Assembly: GCA_965218095.1 (NCBI GenBank) | Contig: OZ244587.1 | Coordinates: forward strand, 5,952,001 to 6,016,000 | Length of the DNA stretch: 64,000 nt | Direction: 5' to 3' | Source of the DNA: Candidatus Poribacteria bacterium | GTDB lineage: Bacteria > Poribacteria > WGA-4E > PCPOR2b | In this document: positions 1-9,195 of the stretch, in pieces | How the letters are laid out: every line of letters starts with the position of its first letter | How positions within the stretch are numbered: position 1 is the stretch's first letter | Translations under genes and position numbers: made by a program | Notes under the pieces: model-generated | Databases searched by the model: none | Told to the model about the DNA's origin: nothing | The model's input: the letters and a program-made list of their open reading frames with translations, nothing else

Positions 1-1078
1 TAGCATTTGAAGGTGCGAATTTTTCAATCAGATTGAACTTGGATCGCTGGGATACAGCCCAGAGCGCGACTCGTGTCTGCTGACGACGGTCGCCAAAAGA
101 GCGGATGACCCTTCCTGAGCCGGCCTGTGTACTATGCTCAAAAGTGTCTGTTTTTGTACCGTGGTCATACCAGCGGACTTCATCAACAGATTCGGAGGCG
201 ATAAAATCTGCGCTCCACCGGGTCTGTAGTGAGTATAGGGGACGCTGCAGAGTCACGTTCCATGAGTTTCCCTCCCGCTTTTGCGTGTACACGCCATCAA
301 ATTCCCAATGCGAATTAAACAGACGAAATGCATTGTATCGGCCGCTAGTTAGGTGACGTGGCTCTTCGCCATCTTCGCGAATTTGTTGATAACGGACACG
401 GGCACGGTCTCCAAATCCGAACACATTTGAATCTGAGAGCGATATTAAAAAACTAGATTTGTTGTTACTAAAGGCGGGTAGATCCAGGGCAGGAAAAAAT
501 GTCCACAGATCTGTGACTTCGACTTGGATCCAAACAAGTTTCGTTTCCGGATCGCGCGTGGCAAGAATCTCTGCGCTGCCCAGATATCGCTTCCGACGCA
601 GGATACGCTCGCTTTCCAATTCATCTTCCGATGTGTAGGTGTCACCCTCTTGGAAGAGTAATTCCCTTTTGATTACATGTGCTTTGGTTCGCTGGTTCCC
701 CTTGACCGTGATCTTGCCGATGGTCCCCTCATCAATGTGAATTCGCAGATAAACCCCTTCAGCGAACTTTTTGATAAAGGACCGGCTTTCATCAATCCGA
801 GCAAACTGAAATCCATGCTCCTGGTAAAAGGAAATGATCCTATCGAAGTCCTGTCGCAGCAGATCGTCACGGTAACTTTGACTGATTCGCGTCTGCATCA
901 AGCTCCTGATCTGCTCGTTAGAGAACGATTCATTCCCAGTCAGAACGATGTTGCGGATTCCGGCTGAATCTGCCGGTAATGTCTGAGGAAGGGTGATTAA
1001 GATGATAAGGGTCAGTGGATAAAGGAACTTCATCGGTGAATAAAAAAAGCGAAAGGTAAATGAGTTGATGGGTCTCAT
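1..1078 (-). CDS. POTRA-domain outer-membrane protein (BamA/TamA/Omp85-like), partial, runs off the left edge
   Basis: Not in the ORF track. Manual translation from ATG 1078 gives a signal-peptide-like N-terminus (MKFLYPLTLIILITLPQTLPA) and two POTRA motifs: IRNIVLTGNESFSNEQIRSLM...DFDRIISFYQEHGF and IGKITVKGNQRTKAHVIKREL. Translated by hand only down to ~660. Confidence 0.8.
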   Translation of the reverse strand, partial: MRPINSFTFRFFYSPMKFLYPLTLIILITLPQTLPADSAGIRNIVLTGNESFSNEQIRSLMQTRISQSYRDDLLRQDFDRIISFYQEHGFQFARIDESRSFIKKFAEGVYLRIHIDEGTIGKITVKGNQRTKAHVIKRELLFQEGDTYTSEDELESERILRRKRYLGSAEILATRDPETKLVWIQVEVTDLWTFFPALDLPAFSNNKSSFLISLSDSNVFGFGDRARVRYQQIREDGEEPRHLTSGRYNAFRLFNSHWEFDGVYTQKREGNSWNVTLQRPLYSLQTRWSADFIASESVDEVRWYDHGTKTDTFEHSTQAGSGRVIRSFGDRRQQTRVALWAVSQRSKFNLIEKFAPSNA

Positions 1079-1132
1079 GCGTACGCTCGTTCATTGGTCG
1101 TTTTCTATCGACTGAACGCTTGAACTCACGTT

Positions 1133-3229
1133 TCACACTCGACCTGGCATAGAATGATCAGCAACTGCACTTTCGAGATTGGATAGAATTCCTTCAATTA
1201 ACATGAGGAGGAGCGCAATCAGTAAAAGCTCGCTCCAGATCTCTTTGCCAATCCGATAAGTATTGAGCGTCCGATCTAACGCTTCCGATTCCGGGATGGT
1301 GTTCATCTGCGCACCGATTCGCTCTGCTGCTTCTCGAATTGAGATGTGTTGTAACTCAGATTCTGTTGTATCGACGTTGACGGCAAAAAAATCTCGCAGG
1401 AGTTGATCTTTGCCCTGCACCTCAACCTGATAAATACCGGGGGCATTTGTTCCACTAAACACGAGTGAACCATCTTCTCCAAGCAAGATAGTCTCCGGCG
1501 AATAGGTCGTGTCCCCAACGCGCTCCACCCGTGCAGTTACCGCACCACTCTGACGGTAGTTTGCGGTGTGAGATTGACCGACGATTAAGTTTCTCTGGTG
1601 CGTTGACTGAATTGCCTTTGCGTATAGGACAGTTTGTTGCAACAGGGGGAGGAAATGCGGATTGACAAGCAGATTCGATGCACTTAACCGGGTTGCAGAT
1701 ACATTAAATAGTATCGCTATCCCCAGGTCAGTTGGGCGTTCAATCAGGAAAGGCGTACCATCACTCAGTTGTGCAACGACCCTCGCATCTTCAGCAGGCT
1801 TTAAGATCAACCCACGATAAAACTGCGGGGCATACTGTCCCGCAAAATCTTCTGGCTTAAACACCTCAAAAACCGGATAATCTGCCTGGTAGCTTGACAA
1901 CCTTAGCGGTGGCTGCCACGTTGTCGGTTGTCCGACACTTGCGGGCACCCAATCGTCGAACGAGTTGTAACTCGCTGTATCAACGTCAGCACTCACAAAG
2001 TAGATTACGCTTTTTCCTTCACGCATAAACGCTTGCAGTTGTTGCTGAACGCGGACTGAGAGTATCGGCACATCCGCTAAAATCAGGATGTCATAGTCTG
2101 TTAGCGGTAGATTTTCCAACTCCGCCGGGGAAGCAGTTGCAGGCAAAATGGTATAATCGGCGTTTGGTTGCTGCCGGATCGCTGGGTTTAATGCGAGGGT
2201 CAGGTACACCGTTTGAGCCCCCACGCAAAGGACATGAATTTGGCCGTAGGCATTAAGTGCAAAGTAACGCCGGTTGTCGATAGTCAGCCGATCCGGGGTC
2301 AATTCTAGATAACCGGTGTACGTGCCGGGGGCCTCAAATTGGTGCGTAAAAGTCGATGTGATGGACTCATGTACTTCCCCTCGCAGGCTGATAGATCTCC
2401 GTTTCCGATCACCGATAAATAGTGTCAGTGTCGTTTCTTCCAACGGGGCATCCGAATGGTTACTCACCTGTACCCTCAACTGAATGGGGAGGTGTATACC
2501 AATTAGTTGGCTGGATGCTCGAACTTCTTCAATGCTTATATTGTCTGCGACTTCATCATCAACGGGAAGCAGGAAAATCCTTGCGCCCGATCTATTCGGT
2601 ATGCGATCCCAGCTTTCCCAACCGTTTCGATTGAAATCCGAGATGAGGTAGATCTCTTTGTTCGGATCATTGGACGCTTCGAGGATTTCGTGCGCCATTT
2701 CGAGACTCGGCTGGACAAGCGTCGAACGGTAAGAGATCTGGGCGTTGCGTATCGCGTCTTTGACCTGCTCCAGGTCCTTCGTCAATTTTCGGAAGATCGG
2801 ATCGGGAACATCAGACATCAAAATCACGGCGGCGCTATCGCCGCGTCGAAGGGATTGAGCGACTTCAAGCGCTATCTCCTTCGCTTTCTCAAACCACTGT
2901 CCTTGAATGCCTTGATACGCCATGCTGTAGGAATTATCCAGAACGATGACAACACTGGTTTTCGCTCTTGCACCGGCGAAGGAGAATTGGTTCTTGAGCA
3001 GTGGGCGAGCCAAGGCCAGGGCAATCAGTATAATGATCATTATCCGCAGAAACAAGATTAGCAGATTTTTGAGTTGAATGCGTCGGACATTTTGCCGATG
3101 CGCTACCAACAAAAACATCAAGCTGCTAAAGTCCACAGTCTTCGCTTGACGACGACTCCAGAGGTGAATCAACAGCGGCACAGCAGCCGCTAGCATGCCA
3201 AATAGAAAAAGCGGGTTAAGAAATCCCAA
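1133..3229 (-). CDS. BatA N-terminal + vWA + CARDB-like membrane protein
   Basis: FLNPLFLFGMLAAAVPLLIHL (BatA domain), MIDAS motif DNSYSM, C-terminal VNVDTTESEL plus TM helix; RBS aaggag. Confidence 0.85.
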   Translation of the reverse strand: MGFLNPLFLFGMLAAAVPLLIHLWSRRQAKTVDFSSLMFLLVAHRQNVRRIQLKNLLILFLRIMIIILIALALARPLLKNQFSFAGARAKTSVVIVLDNSYSMAYQGIQGQWFEKAKEIALEVAQSLRRGDSAAVILMSDVPDPIFRKLTKDLEQVKDAIRNAQISYRSTLVQPSLEMAHEILEASNDPNKEIYLISDFNRNGWESWDRIPNRSGARIFLLPVDDEVADNISIEEVRASSQLIGIHLPIQLRVQVSNHSDAPLEETTLTLFIGDRKRRSISLRGEVHESITSTFTHQFEAPGTYTGYLELTPDRLTIDNRRYFALNAYGQIHVLCVGAQTVYLTLALNPAIRQQPNADYTILPATASPAELENLPLTDYDILILADVPILSVRVQQQLQAFMREGKSVIYFVSADVDTASYNSFDDWVPASVGQPTTWQPPLRLSSYQADYPVFEVFKPEDFAGQYAPQFYRGLILKPAEDARVVAQLSDGTPFLIERPTDLGIAILFNVSATRLSASNLLVNPHFLPLLQQTVLYAKAIQSTHQRNLIVGQSHTANYRQSGAVTARVERVGDTTYSPETILLGEDGSLVFSGTNAPGIYQVEVQGKDQLLRDFFAVNVDTTESELQHISIREAAERIGAQMNTIPESEALDRTLNTYRIGKEIWSELLLIALLLMLIEGILSNLESAVADHSMPGRV

Positions 3230-3431
3230 CAGTTGCTCTCCTTAAAAATCATGCTGCAAATATGCGACGATGCATAGATGCAAGGATACCTGACTGAATC
3301 CCTAAATCGTTGTATCTCCGATCACGTTTCATGTCGAATCCCGTCTGGCAATCAGAAGTTCCACCTCAACCTTGGAACTATTTCCCTATCCTGAAGGATT
3401 TTTGCTGTTTCGATTGCACCTGTCAATTATA

Positions 3432-4538
3432 TGAGGGGTGCTCATAAGTAGACTTGAGTCAGGATAACGGTTATAATCTAATCTAACGTGCAAGAAAGAG
3501 AGGATTATAACATGGGTTATCCTGACAGTACGTATTATATCACATTTTTGTTTGAACAACTTGACCATTTCAACGCTTCCAGCCATGCACCGCCACCTGA
3601 GAGCCATGGACGTCCGAAATCGTATACAGACGACTGCTTGATTGTCCTTTTTGCCATCTTAACGCTCAAAGGCCTCCATCGCTTTAAGGCACAACACAGA
3701 TGGCTCAAGCTACACCCGCAGTGGCTGTGTCGTCTTAAACTGGCATGTGTTCCGTCTCGGGCAACCCTTTGCCGACGCTACAAACAACTCGCTTACCAGC
3801 TAGAGGCGTTCATCGGGTATCTCGGTGATGTGGGAATGACTTTGATACCTGACTCACCTCCAGAGGTGGTTTACCAAGACAAAAGTCTGTTTAAGGCAAA
3901 AGGAAGCGTCTGGCATCAGAAGGATAGAAATGCCAATCGCATCCCAACTGGCATCCGTGCCATTGACACAGACGCCAGTTGGTCAAAGAGTCACTATCAC
4001 GGTTGGGTTTACGGCTATGGGCTTCATCTGACCGTCTCTATAGAGGGATTGCCTCGTATGAGTGCCATTGACACCGCGTGTGTGAGTGAAAAAGCCGTCC
4101 TTGACCGACAACTCGACACACTGCTTGAACAGAACATCGGGTATTTAGTCGCTGATGCCGGCTATACCGACTTGAAACGTACCCAACACTTGGCGAACCA
4201 GGGACTGTTGCTAATCACTCCCGTCAGAGGCGCAAAGAGTCAGCGGGCACGGCGTTATGTTGAAGCGGTGAATCAATCGGCGCAGTTGCAGACCTATCAA
4301 CACAAGCGCAAGGTTGCTATTGAACCTATCTTTGGATTGTTGAGCCAATTACTATCGACCCATACCAATCATAAGCAATTGCCGGTGAGTCGAAAAGCGA
4401 ATGTCTCTACCTTTTTGATGCTGGGGGTGGTTTTACTGCAACTGGCTATGTTAGTCAATTCTATTTGGGGAAGACCCCTGAGAAATGTAACACATCTGAT
4501 TACACTCTTTCGATAAGGGGACTTATGCACACCCCTCA
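3432..4538 (+). mobile_element. Insertion sequence A (~1.1 kb, DDE_Tnp_1 type, IS982/IS5-like), apparently intact
   Basis: Terminal IRs TGAGGGGTGCTCATAAG / CTTATGCACACCCCTCA; flanked by ATTATA at 3426-3431 and 4539-4544. Confidence 0.9.
3512..4516 (+). CDS. DDE transposase
   Basis: Motifs YQDKS, DTDASW, GWVYGYGLHL, VADAGY, RKVAIEPIFG; ATG 3512 follows GAGAGGA. Confidence 0.85.
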   Translation: MGYPDSTYYITFLFEQLDHFNASSHAPPPESHGRPKSYTDDCLIVLFAILTLKGLHRFKAQHRWLKLHPQWLCRLKLACVPSRATLCRRYKQLAYQLEAFIGYLGDVGMTLIPDSPPEVVYQDKSLFKAKGSVWHQKDRNANRIPTGIRAIDTDASWSKSHYHGWVYGYGLHLTVSIEGLPRMSAIDTACVSEKAVLDRQLDTLLEQNIGYLVADAGYTDLKRTQHLANQGLLLITPVRGAKSQRARRYVEAVNQSAQLQTYQHKRKVAIEPIFGLLSQLLSTHTNHKQLPVSRKANVSTFLMLGVVLLQLAMLVNSIWGRPLRNVTHLITLFR

Positions 4539-4544
4539 ATTATA

Positions 4545-5644
4545 TGAGGGTGGAACATAATTGCAATTGAGTCAGGATAACGGTTATCCTTTGATAGAGT
4601 CTAATCTAAATCAAAGGAGATTAACATGTGTTATCCTGACGAATCAGATTATATCCAATTTCTGTTTCAAAGGCTACAAGATTTTGAGGTGGCAACCGAC
4701 TCGAAGCAACCCAACAAGCCCGGGCGCTCCAAAGCCTATACCGATGCCTCATTGATTGTCTTTTTTGCCATCATGACGCTCAAGGGACTTAATGAATTTC
4801 GAGTCCAACACCGGTGGCTTATTGCCCACCCGCTGGCGCTTTGCACACTCAAGCTCAAAAAAATCCCGTCTCGGATGACCCTTTTGCGGCGATACAAAGC
4901 CCTTTCCCCCAAACTCGCCGAATTTATCACTTTCCTTGGGGATTGGGCGACGCCTCTGGGGAACGACTTTAGCCGAGAAGTGGTTTATCAAGATAAGAAC
5001 TTGTTTAAAAGGGCCTGTTTGGCACCACAAAGACCGAGAACAAAACCGAGTGCCAGAGAGGGTGAGAAATCTCGACCGAGATGCCACGTGGTCTAAGAGC
5101 GGGTATCACGGGTGGGTTTACGGCTATGGACTTCATACCACCGTGACCGCATACGGATTTCCAATAATGGGTATAGCCGATACGGCGTCAGTGAGTGAAA
5201 AAGCAGTTCTCGACCAAACAACGGTGCTACTTCTTCAACGGAATATCAGGTATCTGGTTGCCGATGCCGGGTACACCGACTTGAGGCGAACCGAGGCATT
5301 GGCACAAGCGGGGGTGTTGCTAATCACCCCGGTGATTGGGGCAATCGGTGACAAAGGGAGTCGTTACGTTGAATATCTCAATCTACCTGAGTTGCAAGCC
5401 TACCAGAGCCAACGCTAGGTGGCTATCGAGCCAATATTTGATTTGCTGAAGATGCTGTTATCGACACCCAGTAACCACAAGCAACTGCCGGTCAGTGGCA
5501 AAGCGAATGGGGTCACCTTTTTAGTACTAGGTGTGATGCTGCTGCAACTGGCGATGTTGATGAATTCCATCTGGAGGTTACCTTTGAGAAATGTGACCCA
5601 CATCATTATTCTATTTCGTTAAATTTAATTATGAACCACCCTCA
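4545..5644 (+). mobile_element. Insertion sequence B, divergent sister of A, with a decayed transposase (4626-5622)
   Basis: IRs TGAGGGTGGAACATAAT / ATTATGAACCACCCTCA; ATTATA at 5645-5650; frameshift ~5010 and in-frame TAG 5416-5418. Confidence 0.88.
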
Positions 5645-5673
5645 ATTATATGCGACGCGCCCACAAAGATCAA
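5645..5673 (-). promoter_or_regulatory. sigma70-type promoter, probably the original promoter of the batA-like gene
   Basis: Minus strand reads TTGATC-N17-TATAAT; the -10 box is the IS target duplication. Confidence 0.6.
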
Positions 5674-5811
5674 GCTGAAAACAAAAAAGCCCCAAAAAGT
5701 AATCACTTCACCTTATTTAGTGAAGGATCCAAATGTGTTGTTAAAATTTACGCAAATTTTTCAATTTTAAGGGAAAATCCAGGAATTCAATAGAATTTTG
5801 GATAAAATATG

Positions 5812-5840
5812 TTGACAATTTATTCATCATGTGATATATT
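5812..5840 (+). promoter_or_regulatory. sigma70-type promoter of the DUF2089 operon
   Basis: TTGACA-N17-TATATT with extended -10 TG. Confidence 0.75.
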
Positions 5841-5953
5841 TTCAATTAATCTCCGTCCGGTGTGAATCCGAATGCTTGGATTGACTCGGAGGAAATATAA
5901 ATTTGCTTAGAAGACCACTAATTTTTACGTTTATCCAAAGGAGTGAGATAACC

Positions 5954-6340
5954 TTGCGAAAGGTATTAGAGAAATGTCCAACATGCGGCGGCGAACTGAC
6001 GATAACCGGGTTACACTGTCGCTCCTGCCACACTAGGGTTGAAAGTCAGTATTCGACCTGCCGCTTTTGCCGTCTATCACAGAACAGCCTCGATTTCATT
6101 GAGATCTTTGTCAAGAATCGAGGGAATATTAAAGAGATGGAACGAGAACTCGGAATCTCCTATCCAACGGTTCGCAGCCGTTTGAACGCTGTCATTGACG
6201 AGCTTGGCTATAAGGTCAAGCCGGAGTCACTGCACTCGGAGGAGGTTGCAGAAAAACGTCGCGACATCCTCAAGCGCCTGAATGAAGAGGAAATTTCTGC
6301 AACAGAGGCAGCTAAATTAATAAATCAGCTCAAGAGATAG
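5954..6340 (+). CDS. DUF2089 family protein (Zn ribbon + HTH + SHOCT-like tail)
   Basis: CPTCGG...CRSC, GNIKEMERELGISYPTVRSRL, ILKRLNEEEISATEAAKLI; TTG start after AAGGAG. Confidence 0.85.
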   Translation: MRKVLEKCPTCGGELTITGLHCRSCHTRVESQYSTCRFCRLSQNSLDFIEIFVKNRGNIKEMERELGISYPTVRSRLNAVIDELGYKVKPESLHSEEVAEKRRDILKRLNEEEISATEAAKLINQLKR

Positions 6341-6366
6341 CTGGCGCTTATGAGGAGGAAATAGCA

Positions 6367-7767
6367 ATGAACGAGGAAAGAATGCTTATTCTCAAAATGG
6401 TGGCTGAAGGAACAATCACAGCAGAGGAAGCGGAGTCGCTTCTGCAAACCCTTGAAGACATAGATGAATCGAAACGCGGTGTATCGGAACAATCATCCCC
6501 CGGCAATCAGCAAGCGGGTGTGGTTGAGTTGCTGAAGGCTGGCGCTGAAGTCCTCAGAGATCAAGCCTTAAGCATTAAAGCGGAAGTGTTGAAAAGCCAG
6601 CATAAGTTTCTGCGTAATCAGAAACGCGCTTTGAGAAATTCGCTTAGAGAAGTGCAGCGGGAAAAGCATCGAGATCGCGATCATGGTGAAAGCCGTAGAA
6701 CCCGTCACGAGGAGCCGAGAATACGGCATCGTATTGAAACAGGTGAAAGGGTCGATCTAGAAATTGATCATCGACACGGGGATATCGAGGTGGCGTCATG
6801 GGCAGGAAACGACCTCGAAATTATGTATCAGAAGATAGTGTGGGCGGAGGATGAGGAAACCGCTAAAGAAATCGCTTCGGCGATTGAAATCCAGATTGAC
6901 CACGATGAAGCTTCTTCAAACACGGGAACGCGGGTGTCGATCACGACGGACTATCCGGAAGACCGGGAATTGTGGCGAGATAATCGGCGCCGGGCGCGAG
7001 TCAATTATTGGCTGCAAGTCCCACAGCAGACGAACCTGCAAATCGATAATCAGCACGGTAATGTCTCCGTACGCGATCTGCGCGGGACAACCACCGTTGG
7101 CAACCAACACGGCGATGTCTCCGTCCATGCAATTGATGGCGATCTGAACCTGGACACGTGCCATGGAAACGTTGAGGTTGACTCGATTCAAGGAAATGTG
7201 CAATTTAAGGGCGGGCATGGAAATGCCGATTTCGGTAAAGTCGGAGGTAGCCTTGAAGGCGATCGCGCACATGGCAACCTGGAGCTTCACGGAATCCAAG
7301 GTGATCTTACGCTGACGCATCGCCATGGACATGCCGAAGCAGATGCAGTGCATGGCGTGATCCGGATCGACAAGCACCATGGGCATATTGAACTGAAAGG
7401 GGTACGCGATACATTCCACATCAATGCGCATCACGCAAACCTCCACCTCAATGTGACCTCACCTTTGAGCGGAGATTGCTTAATCAAAGGGCATCACGCA
7501 CAAGTGGATCTGATCGCGCCCGCAAATGCGTTCGCATTGATTCAGGCATCAACCCATCATGGGAGTATCTCCTCAGAATTCGAGGGTGATCTCATCAAGA
7601 AGAAACATGATCAACAATTTACGGCAACCCCGAACGACAGCGGGGCAAACCTTGAGATCACTGACCATCACGGGCGAATCAACCTCCGTCGGCGTGGCGC
7701 GGTGATTACGGCAGATGATCAAGAGATAGTTGAACAAGAAGAAACAGGAGGAGAAAGCGATGAATAA
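6367..7767 (+). CDS. SHOCT-like + DUF4097 (Toastrack) beta-repeat protein, His-rich
   Basis: N-terminal ERMLILKMVAEGTITAEEAESLL; ~19-aa repeats with xHG/xHA turns. Confidence 0.8.
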   Translation: MNEERMLILKMVAEGTITAEEAESLLQTLEDIDESKRGVSEQSSPGNQQAGVVELLKAGAEVLRDQALSIKAEVLKSQHKFLRNQKRALRNSLREVQREKHRDRDHGESRRTRHEEPRIRHRIETGERVDLEIDHRHGDIEVASWAGNDLEIMYQKIVWAEDEETAKEIASAIEIQIDHDEASSNTGTRVSITTDYPEDRELWRDNRRRARVNYWLQVPQQTNLQIDNQHGNVSVRDLRGTTTVGNQHGDVSVHAIDGDLNLDTCHGNVEVDSIQGNVQFKGGHGNADFGKVGGSLEGDRAHGNLELHGIQGDLTLTHRHGHAEADAVHGVIRIDKHHGHIELKGVRDTFHINAHHANLHLNVTSPLSGDCLIKGHHAQVDLIAPANAFALIQASTHHGSISSEFEGDLIKKKHDQQFTATPNDSGANLEITDHHGRINLRRRGAVITADDQEIVEQEETGGESDE

Positions 7768-8842
7768 TGAAGAAAGACGGGAAATCTTGAGAATGCTTGC
7801 AGAGGAGAAAATCAACGTCAAGGAAGCAGAGATGCTGCTGCGTGCTCTCAGTGAAACTGCCGATGCACGCAAACAACCTGACACCGAAGATGAAAAATCC
7901 AAAGAGGGAGAAGAGATCTTTCAAGAAGTAACAAAGATCTTTCAGGGGGTTGGGCGAGAGATTGAGGGTGAGGTGAGTAAGGCGGTTGAATCGGTACAGC
8001 GGTTTGATGTTGGGAAGATCGTCAACGAGGTGGTTGAGCAGGTGAAGTCATCTGTCTCTGACGCTATCGACATAACGGAAGAAGGGGATGGAAAACGGAA
8101 GGTCCGGGAACAACTGGACTGGACGTTTGATGGCGCCGGCGTTTCAAGGATCGATGCGCAAACCGTCAACGGCTCAATCTCGCTCAAAGGCTCAGACCAT
8201 GATCAGGTCATCGTGCGTGCATGGAAGAAGGTTCGCGGAAAAAGATTCGGTGCAGAGGAATTTGCCCAGGAGGTCGAAGTTTGTGTCGAGCAGATCGGAG
8301 ACGAGATTCGGATTTACCACGAACACCCCAAGCCCCCGAAAGGGGTCAATGTCATTGTGCGTTATGAAATCGAGAGCCCGCGGACAGTAGATGTGAACCT
8401 TCGCACCGTCAACGATAAGGTCCAAATCAGCGGCATTGATGGTGCGATTGATGCGACGACCGTCAACGGCCCAATCAAATTGGAAGGGGAGACAGGCCCC
8501 ATTCATGCGCATACCACCAACGGGGAGATTGAGACGGACATCGGGCTGCTCATCAACAACGCAAAGTTTTCGACCACCAATGGATCGATCGATGTGAAGG
8601 TGCACGCCGGCGTCGCCCCTGTGATCGCAACCACGACTAACGGCTCTATTGATCTGACGCTCCCTGCAGATTTCGCTGGGCGCCTCGACGCTAAAACCAA
8701 TAACGGGAGGGTCCATTCCGATTTCCCCATCCTTGTTGCCGGGAAGATCAAAAACCGGCTCGAAGGCAAAATTGGTGAAGGCGGCGAGGCGCTTGTCAAA
8801 CTGCGGAACTTGAATGGAAGCATTCATTTGAGACAGCGATAG
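7760..8842 (+). CDS. SHOCT-like + DUF4097 beta-repeat protein (YvlB/LiaX-like)
   Basis: ERREILRMLAEEKINVKEAEMLL; TxNG repeats; overlaps the upstream stop; RBS GGAGGAG. Confidence 0.85.
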   Translation: MNNEERREILRMLAEEKINVKEAEMLLRALSETADARKQPDTEDEKSKEGEEIFQEVTKIFQGVGREIEGEVSKAVESVQRFDVGKIVNEVVEQVKSSVSDAIDITEEGDGKRKVREQLDWTFDGAGVSRIDAQTVNGSISLKGSDHDQVIVRAWKKVRGKRFGAEEFAQEVEVCVEQIGDEIRIYHEHPKPPKGVNVIVRYEIESPRTVDVNLRTVNDKVQISGIDGAIDATTVNGPIKLEGETGPIHAHTTNGEIETDIGLLINNAKFSTTNGSIDVKVHAGVAPVIATTTNGSIDLTLPADFAGRLDAKTNNGRVHSDFPILVAGKIKNRLEGKIGEGGEALVKLRNLNGSIHLRQR

Positions 8843-8878
8843 TGAAGATTATGAACCAATGTGTTCAGAAGTTCATGG

Positions 8879-9018
8879 GTAAGCCTTCAGAGGGTAGACC
8901 AGAAACCGAGTTTTTTAAGCCATGAGCCGGAAGCTCGACCTCAGATCGTTTTCTGTTGTGCCGCAATTTATTTCTCCGTGTGAAAAACTCGGTTTCTTTG
9001 CCTGGGGTGAACGGTTAC
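8879..9018. mobile_element. 140-bp MITE with internal 15-bp inverted repeat
   Basis: TIRs GTAAGCCTTCA / TGAACGGTTAC; 8-bp direct repeat GTTCATGG at 8871-8878 and 9019-9026; internal AGAAACCGAGTTTTT / AAAAACTCGGTTTCT. Confidence 0.75.
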
Positions 9019-9060
9019 GTTCATGGGTTCAGTGAACTGAGAGCAACCGTTCAAGACTAG

Positions 9061-9164
9061 CCGGAGTGAGTGCTGATTGAGTAACCGCAGGTGTTCGAAA
9101 CCAAGAACCAGGCATATGTCGCTCACTGAGTTTCAATATGTCGCTGCCCTCCGACTCAACCGGC
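9061..9164. repeat. Degenerate REP-like palindromic repeat related to the one at ~16337-16446
   Basis: Shared ttgagta...aaaccaag...ctcaaccggcg / cttgaccggcg pattern. Confidence 0.5.
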
Positions 9165-9195
9165 GTTCGCTTGCCTTAAATGATCTGTATGCACT

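Noticed and set aside
930-1136. 68-aa ORF from the track
   Set aside because: It overlaps the POTRA gene start in another frame; a shadow ORF.
3421-5655. Composite transposon or simple tandem duplication
   Set aside because: There is no cargo between the two elements and their transposases are clearly divergent.
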